A DNA stretch of 64,000 nt from a virus (Duplodnaviria; Caudoviricetes). Location of the stretch: positions 25,938 to 89,937 of the IMG/VR virus record IMGVR_UViG_3300020037_001525. One strand, written 5' to 3'. This document shows, piece after piece, positions 58,904 through 64,000 of the stretch (position 1 is the first letter of the stretch; every line of letters begins with the position of its first letter). The notes beneath the pieces are model-generated. The model made no database searches. It was not told the DNA's origin and worked only from the letters and a program-made list of their open reading frames with translations. Position numbers and translations under genes: made by a program.

Positions 58904-60035
58904 AATCTCTTATTGCTTTAAATGTTGGGAAACGCAAACTTTTCTTTGTTGTATATCCTTGAAACTGTATCGTAGCCATCTTTCCAGGATATTGGTCTCT
59001 TTCTATCCACATTTTCTTGTACAATTCTACATTACCAGACATACCAGCTTTACATAATTGTCCATTCTCTAATCTCACTTCCACCTTTCCTACCATTCCT
59101 GACCTATTGCCCTTGCCTTCAAGTAATCGCACAATTTCAAATTCTTTATCAATAAGTCGTTTATCCTTCAACAACTGTTTAGTTCGCTTTTGCTGATATG
59201 GTTCTTCTGCTCTCAGCATCTGACCTTCATAACCCAGTTCCACATATCTGTCATGAATTTTTGCTAACAAATTCTTGTTTCTTGGATTGACCTTAATAGT
59301 CTTGATGATTCTGATTTTGCCTGCTGTCTTTGGGTTGCTTCCACCTATTCCACCTATCAGATTATTCATGTACGCTAATCGTTCTTTGTATAGCATGTTT
59401 GGTTTCTGTGGAAAGAATATATCATATACATGATATTCCAACAATTCTGCGCTCTCTTCCAAGTCTGCTGCCGTTGGGACTGTTTTTCTTGCTAAAGATA
59501 TGATTTTATCAAAATCTTTTCTAAATTTATGAGCATACAATTCTCCGTCAATCACCATGTCTGGAAAAATTTCAAACAATCCCTTTAATATTTGAAATAT
59601 GTGTGGTGCTGATACTGTTGGATTATGCTCTTTGCTAAACATTCCATTTGCTTTCACATATGACCTAACACCATCCAATTTAGGTTGTGAATGCATGTAT
59701 TCTAATTGTTCTACAAATTTCCAGTGGTCTTTCAATTCATACGCAAGCATAGGTTCAAATCTCTCAACGAGCATTGCTTCTTCAACTGTTGTCCTGTATC
59801 CACCTTTCTCCATCAATACAATCTTCGCATTGACTTCTGATATTGCTTGGTCGAATTCATTACGGAAATTAGCCTTGCCAACATTCATTGGTTGTGCTTC
59901 TGTCCACTGTGAAATCACTAATTTTCCACCAACTTGACCAGATATGATTCTGTATCTATCCTTATCCAATTCAATACTCCATTGAATTGCTTTGCCTGTT
60001 GTTGCTTTCTTGTATAGTGTTACTGTTGTTATCAT
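58896..60035 (-). CDS. ATP-dependent DNA ligase
   Basis: PKLDGVR, IDGELY, YHVYD, GYEGQMLR, LLKDK, SLRFP. Confidence 0.92.
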   Translation of the reverse strand: MITTVTLYKKATTGKAIQWSIELDKDRYRIISGQVGGKLVISQWTEAQPMNVGKANFRNEFDQAISEVNAKIVLMEKGGYRTTVEEAMLVERFEPMLAYELKDHWKFVEQLEYMHSQPKLDGVRSYVKANGMFSKEHNPTVSAPHIFQILKGLFEIFPDMVIDGELYAHKFRKDFDKIISLARKTVPTAADLEESAELLEYHVYDIFFPQKPNMLYKERLAYMNNLIGGIGGSNPKTAGKIRIIKTIKVNPRNKNLLAKIHDRYVELGYEGQMLRAEEPYQQKRTKQLLKDKRLIDKEFEIVRLLEGKGNRSGMVGKVEVRLENGQLCKAGMSGNVELYKKMWIERDQYPGKMATIQFQGYTTKKSLRFPTFKAIRDYE

Positions 60036-60052
60036 ACCTTGTATAACTTTGT

Positions 60053-60646
60053 TTAATCAAATAGTGATAGTTGCTTCCATTTTACTTCTAAAATGCCATC
60101 TTTCTCTTCCACACTAATGAGCTCTCCAATTGGCTTGTCGTGTTTATGATGATGCCAATCTATCTTATTTGGTTCTGCTGGCAACTGTACCAATCCGTTC
60201 TTGATAGCCCATCCCAAGCATTCTCTCCCGAATCCCACTTTCAGACTTTCTGGATGTGTCAATAATTTGCCGCATCTTCCACATGTTCCTTGATAGAACA
60301 CCTTGACTGTTGGATATTTAGCCTTGAAAGCATTTGGTTTCAAGAATTTGTCAAAAAACCATTGTATTGCTGATGCTGATTTCGATGTAGCTTTAATCTG
60401 TGATTTCTCTGAATACCTGTAAGATAATTCATCTGAATAGCCACCTAAGAATTTGTAGCTATCTTCTGATTCATAATCAAATCTTGATAATACAGAAACC
60501 CAATACACGCTTGGGTTTCTTTTTGATTGCTTGAATTTATATGTTAAGTGTGTTTGAGTCTTTTCATTCTGAATTGTTATCCTGCAATTACCGCCCCTTA
60601 TGTATGATAATACTCTTCCAATTGTGTCAAGTTCATGCATTTCCAT
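60053..60646 (-). CDS. DUF6011-like protein
   Basis: CGRCGKLLTHPESLKVGFGREC. Start moved to the ATG at 60646 because the track start lies inside a terminator. Confidence 0.65.
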   Translation of the reverse strand: MEMHELDTIGRVLSYIRGGNCRITIQNEKTQTHLTYKFKQSKRNPSVYWVSVLSRFDYESEDSYKFLGGYSDELSYRYSEKSQIKATSKSASAIQWFFDKFLKPNAFKAKYPTVKVFYQGTCGRCGKLLTHPESLKVGFGRECLGWAIKNGLVQLPAEPNKIDWHHHKHDKPIGELISVEEKDGILEVKWKQLSLFD

Positions 60647-60664
60647 GTTGCTTATAACTATGTA

Positions 60665-60692
60665 TAAAAAAATCCTCAATTGCTTGAGGATT
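60665..60692 (-). terminator. Rho-independent terminator
   Basis: AATCCTCAA-TTGC-TTGAGGATT, then a T run on the minus strand. Confidence 0.7.
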
Positions 60693-60721
60693 TCTTGTAT
60701 TAAACGGTATTACGAAATTTT

Positions 60722-61141
60722 TTAAATATTGCGAGCATTGCTACACCAACACCTATCAACGCCTTTACGAAGGTTTTGCTTTGTGACCGAAGTGATTGTG
60801 TATTTTTCTGTTTTTTCTGCAAACATAGGAACATCCGTATTAGGATTGTAATATGATACATCGTGGTTGATGAGTGTTACCTCATAACATGTATCATATC
60901 CTTTACTGATAAGAATGTCATTGGTTGCTTGAAGTGCTGCGTTTTGCATTGTTTGCTCGGGGACATCTTGGCAAAAATCAAATTGTTCATTAAAGATAGA
61001 TTCTGAATGTGTTGGTGGTGATGCACCAAAACAAGTCAGGGTTGCTATTAGGAATAGCATGACCATAGCTGATTTTCTCATGTTTTTGTTTTTGTGATGC
61101 ATTATTGGTTCTTCAATTGATGGGTCTATACAGTAATTCAC
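60722..61141 (-). CDS. Hypothetical protein with signal-peptide-like segment
   Basis: MRKSAMVMLFLIATLTCFGA; true start may be internal. Confidence 0.55.
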   Translation of the reverse strand: MNYCIDPSIEEPIMHHKNKNMRKSAMVMLFLIATLTCFGASPPTHSESIFNEQFDFCQDVPEQTMQNAALQATNDILISKGYDTCYEVTLINHDVSYYNPNTDVPMFAEKTEKYTITSVTKQNLRKGVDRCWCSNARNI

Positions 61142-61317
61142 AACACAAAAATATAAGTGTTGTTTTTAATAGGTTAAAAAGTGTTACACTTATTTTAAAG
61201 CGAGCCTTTGGCGGACCATTTGCGAATATAAAGGCAATTTATTTTCCTATAATTAAGCGTTATCGTTAAATAGAAAGCCACCGCACAATAAATAAATAAT
61301 TTCGGTGTGTGGAAGGC

Positions 61318-61348
61318 AAAAAAAAAGCATAAGCTACTAACTTATGCT
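61318..61348 (-). terminator. Rho-independent terminator
   Basis: AGCATAAG / CTTATGCT stem followed by a poly-T run on the minus strand. Confidence 0.65.
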
Positions 61349-61370
61349 AAGTTCTTTGAGTATCAAAAAT

Positions 61371-61444
61371 GGCTTCGTAGCTTAATTGAATAAAGCAACT
61401 TTTTTGCGAAATGTGGGATATAGGTTTGAATCCTATCGAGGTCA
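61371..61444 (+). tRNA. tRNA-like element, anticodon TGC (Ala), probably degenerate
   Basis: Cloverleaf by hand: acceptor GGCTTCG/CGAGGTC, D stem GCTT/AAGC, anticodon stem ACTTT/AATGT (one mismatch), T arm ATAGG-TTTGAAT-CCTAT. No G3:U70 pair, no CCA. Confidence 0.6.
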
Positions 61445-61521
61445 CTTTTGATATACAAATAAAAATTTTTGTTTATTTTCTTTTAATGATTAAAGAGACT
61501 TATTATAACTGTGTTGTAAAA

Positions 61522-61863
61522 TTATTTTATCAACTTGCCATATCTTATCAGAAACTCTCTCTTCGCTTCCTTATCCCCAGATTTCGCTCTCCTCATCAAC
61601 TCAATACTTGAAATCTTTGTATTGAAGACAAATCCTGAAACTTTCAATTTAGCTGCAATTCTCTTGTTCAATTTGGTTAATATCCTTTCTGGTATTCTGC
61701 CTTCATTGCTTGCAATTCTCTCACTACTTATATTGGCTGTAAACCTTGAATCAGTGATATCAGAAATACTGAACATATTTCTACGGAGACCTGTAATTAT
61801 CAATAATCTATGTTTGAATAACAAGCCATCAACTTTTACTATATCTCCTATACTATTCTTCAT
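61522..61863 (-). CDS. Hypothetical basic protein
   Basis: 113 aa; KOW-like start IGDIVKV. Confidence 0.55.
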   Translation of the reverse strand: MKNSIGDIVKVDGLLFKHRLLIITGLRRNMFSISDITDSRFTANISSERIASNEGRIPERILTKLNKRIAAKLKVSGFVFNTKISSIELMRRAKSGDKEAKREFLIRYGKLIK

Positions 61864-62537
61864 CTTCTATTTTTTGCTATTATGTGTTCTAACTTTGTTA
61901 TACCGTTTTCTTTATAATCTATTTCATGCATCCATAAGAAACTTCCTGCTCTGTATAGCTTCTTATTTATACAATCCTTAACATTACCAGAAGATATTGA
62001 TTTATTTGCTTGTACTGATGAGTCAAATCTTGCCATGAAATTGCCTTCCAAATCTAACTTAACAACTGCTTTGCCTAACGCCTTTGATAACATCATTTTT
62101 GTTTCTTCACTATGATTCTTGCCATAAAATGAATTCCCATTACCTGTCATGCGTTTTGAATGTTCCAATCTTTGTTCTTGTGTTGTATTACAAATTCCTG
62201 TAAAATGTTCACTTAGACGTTTCCTTACTTCTGTAGTGTGGGTTTTACCATACATTGGGTTATTCTTGCCATTGAATCTCTTTGATGATTCTGACAATCT
62301 CCGCTTAACGTCATCAGTGTGTGTTTTACCAAACATATAGTTCTCTTCACCGAACAATATAGGATATTGTTCCCCGCCCTTTTCTTTATAACATAAGCAT
62401 CCGTTAGAATACTTCCTAAAAAGCTCGTCAAGAAACATATCTGACTTTAAAATATACCACTTTTTTTTAGTATGGACATAGTATAATTTATCATTATTAT
62501 ATGCCACCTCAATTGTGGCTAAATATAGTTTATCCAT
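61860..62537 (-). CDS. NUMOD3/NUMOD1 homing-endonuclease-like protein with degenerate GIY-YIG-like N-terminus
   Basis: Three N.(M/F)(F/Y)GK.H(T/S) repeats and C-terminal KAVVKLDLEGNFMARFDS..CINKK. Confidence 0.75.
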   Translation of the reverse strand: MDKLYLATIEVAYNNDKLYYVHTKKKWYILKSDMFLDELFRKYSNGCLCYKEKGGEQYPILFGEENYMFGKTHTDDVKRRLSESSKRFNGKNNPMYGKTHTTEVRKRLSEHFTGICNTTQEQRLEHSKRMTGNGNSFYGKNHSEETKMMLSKALGKAVVKLDLEGNFMARFDSSVQANKSISSGNVKDCINKKLYRAGSFLWMHEIDYKENGITKLEHIIAKNRR

Positions 62538-62567
62538 TGGATTTTAGCATTTAAGTTATTTTTTTTA

Positions 62568-62597
62568 CAGTCCTATCAAGTAGTTGTGTGCTATGCC
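62568..62597 (-). repeat. attC-like half site (left arm only)
   Basis: GGCATAGCACACAAC right after the stop of 62597..62980 is 14/15 complementary to that cassette's start; no partner for the inner arm TACTTGATAGGACTG was found. Confidence 0.5.
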
Positions 62598-62980
62598 TAT
62601 TGACGCACTTTGTGGTTATTGTCGTCAGACGTAGAACTATCTTCAGTTAATTTCAAATGGCTTCCAACCGATAAACATTCATATTGCTTTTGACTTACAT
62701 AGATGGTTTCAGTTCTTTCTTCACCTTTATATTTACCATTAATCTTTACTACCCAATCTTCATAATCCGTAATAACATAAGGTATCATTATAGTTGTTGT
62801 ACTCTTGCCATTTGAAATTACCATAGGCATTAATGCAACGTATGTATGTGTAGGTTCATACCATTTTTCTATAACATCGCCTTCTTCAAGTTTATTGCAG
62901 GAATAAAGGCACAGCACACAACAAAGTATTGCCAAAAGGCAGGCTGACGTGCTAAATTGAAATTTTGTAATTCTGTTCAT
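62597..62980 (-). CDS. Cassette-borne putative lipoprotein
   Basis: Hydrophobic ACLLAILCCVLCLYSC with lipobox-like LYSC. Confidence 0.6.
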   Translation of the reverse strand: MNRITKFQFSTSACLLAILCCVLCLYSCNKLEEGDVIEKWYEPTHTYVALMPMVISNGKSTTTIMIPYVITDYEDWVVKINGKYKGEERTETIYVSQKQYECLSVGSHLKLTEDSSTSDDNNHKVRQ

Positions 62981-63047
62981 ATTTTGTACTATTTTGAAAG
63001 TTTTGTAATTTTAATCCTGCCCTTCGGCAATACTCGGAACGTTAGTG
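62916..63047 (-). repeat. attC-like site 2 (132 bp)
   Basis: Minus strand: CACTAAC..AGTATTGCCGAAGGGCAGG..spacer..CCTGCCTTTTGGCAATACT..GTTGTGT. Confidence 0.7.
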
Positions 63048-63051
63048 GCAA

Positions 63052-63255
63052 TTACACCTCAACCATCGTATAAGGTCTGTATTCACCATTTTTATTTAAG
63101 CTATCTACCATTTTTTTGGCTTCTTCGTAAGTTCTTCTTCTACCACTCCAATGGTCTGGCATCTCAACTCCGTCTTTATCAAGTATCTTGTAACTGCCGC
63201 TAACATTGTGTTGCTGCAATAGCGGCTTGACGTTCTTAATTTCAACATTCTGCAT
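63052..63255 (-). CDS. Cassette-borne small hypothetical protein
   Basis: 67 aa ORF between two attC-like sites. Confidence 0.55.
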   Translation of the reverse strand: MQNVEIKNVKPLLQQHNVSGSYKILDKDGVEMPDHWSGRRRTYEEAKKMVDSLNKNGEYRPYTMVEV

Positions 63256-63331
63256 ATAATTATCTTTTAGTTGTTAATTAATCTTTTGTATTCCAAATGC
63301 CGCTACTGACAGCAACACTTGAACGTTATAC
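63198..63331 (-). repeat. attC-like site 1 (134 bp)
   Basis: Minus strand: GTATAAC..GTGTTGCTG-TCAG-TAGCGGC..spacer..GCCGCTA-TTG-CAGCAACAC..GTTAGCG, with one unpaired extra base. Confidence 0.72.
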
Positions 63332-63338
63332 GCAAGCA

Positions 63339-64000
63339 CTACATTTCGTTTCCAAATAGAGTTTGCGTTTCAAATTTTTTATTAAAATCTTCCACCCTCT
63401 TTAAAATAATATCGTAATACTTTTGCTCTTGCTCCATTACTATAAATTGTCGGTTTGTATTCAAACAAGCTATTGCAGTAGTTCCGCTTCCTGCTGTGTT
63501 ATCTAATACTAAATCGCCTTCGTTTGTGTAGGTGTTGATTAGGTATTCAAATAACTCCAATGGTTTTTCGGTTGGGTGCAGTTTGTCTTTTCTGTTTGCG
63601 TTGCTTACTTCTATTATTGAAGTCGGATAATACTCATTATTTTCAACTACACTATTTTCAAACTTGCCGTAATTACTTGTGTGTTTTCCTGTTTCAGTAG
63701 TTATTCCTTTCTTTCTAACTTTACCTCTTGTAACCATTTCAGGATTATAAATAGGTAATTTTTTGTAAAAGCAAAGTATTTGTTCGTGCCTTCTTAATGG
63801 CATACGTTTAGCGTTTAGAAATCCACTTGAAAGTTTTTTATCCCAAATCAAATCGTATTTAAACAACTTCTTATTTGAAGTAATTAAAGTGCTTGTAAAT
63901 GGTTCAGCACTTGTTAAACATATCATTCCGTTATCCTTAATAATTCTTTCGTATTCTTCCCAAAGTTTGTCAAGTGGGATAATTACATCCCATTTGTTTT
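63339..64000 (-). CDS. N6-adenine/N4-cytosine DNA methyltransferase (beta class), 5'-truncated by the window
   Basis: The frame stays open past the track start (NKWDVIIPLDKLWEEYERIIKDNG); HPTEKP, VLDNTAGSGTT. Confidence 0.88.
   Translation of the reverse strand, partial: NKWDVIIPLDKLWEEYERIIKDNGMICLTSAEPFTSTLITSNKKLFKYDLIWDKKLSSGFLNAKRMPLRRHEQILCFYKKLPIYNPEMVTRGKVRKKGITTETGKHTSNYGKFENSVVENNEYYPTSIIEVSNANRKDKLHPTEKPLELFEYLINTYTNEGDLVLDNTAGSGTTAIACLNTNRQFIVMEQEQKYYDIILKRVEDFNKKFETQTLFGNEM

Noticed and set aside
60647-60679. Track start of the DUF6011-like gene at 60679
   Set aside because: It falls inside a terminator hairpin; the ATG at 60646 is more plausible.
124-61981. Numerous plus-strand ORFs in the track
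   Set aside because: They are antisense shadows of long, motif-bearing minus-strand genes and show no recognisable motifs.
62568-63331. CRISPR array or IS/MITE
   Set aside because: The repeats are not identical to each other, the spacing is gene-sized, and there is no transposase or target duplication.
1-64000. Alternative genetic code (stop reassignment)
   Set aside because: Long genes are intact in the standard code, and TAA, TAG and TGA all end genes at tight junctions.

Overview
This window is part of a large, AT-rich myovirus genome read in the standard code, with almost every gene on the minus strand. In transcription order (right to left) it holds: (i) an accessory end with a partial DNA methyltransferase and small genes bounded by attC-like inverted repeats, i.e. 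an integron-cassette-like array with no integrase visible here; (ii) a degenerate NUMOD endonuclease, a tRNA-like element on the opposite strand, DNA ligase and an RNase H-like gene; (iii) a translationally coupled thymidine-hypermodification cluster (class II glutamine amidotransferase, amino acid:DNA transferase, P-loop kinase, GNAT, 5-hmdU DNA kinase); (iv) an SPO1/Twort (Herelleviridae)-style morphogenesis module (portal, MuF, protease/scaffold, major capsid, neck, sheath, tube, tape measure, lysozyme+CHAP hub, baseplate, fibre) with spanin-like and holin-like genes suggesting a Gram-negative, probably Bacteroidota, host. This module also contains an intein in a neck gene and a block of large proteins studded with [ILVF]-x-K-[SAG] motifs that bracket topoisomerase IB, AAA ATPase, ferritin-like and NUDIX domains; (v) a replication block (SF2 helicase, DnaB-like helicase, primase, sigma-like protein, dUMP hydroxymethylase-like thymidylate synthase homologue, partial DnaE-type polymerase). 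All family assignments come from motif recognition by eye; no database search was run.
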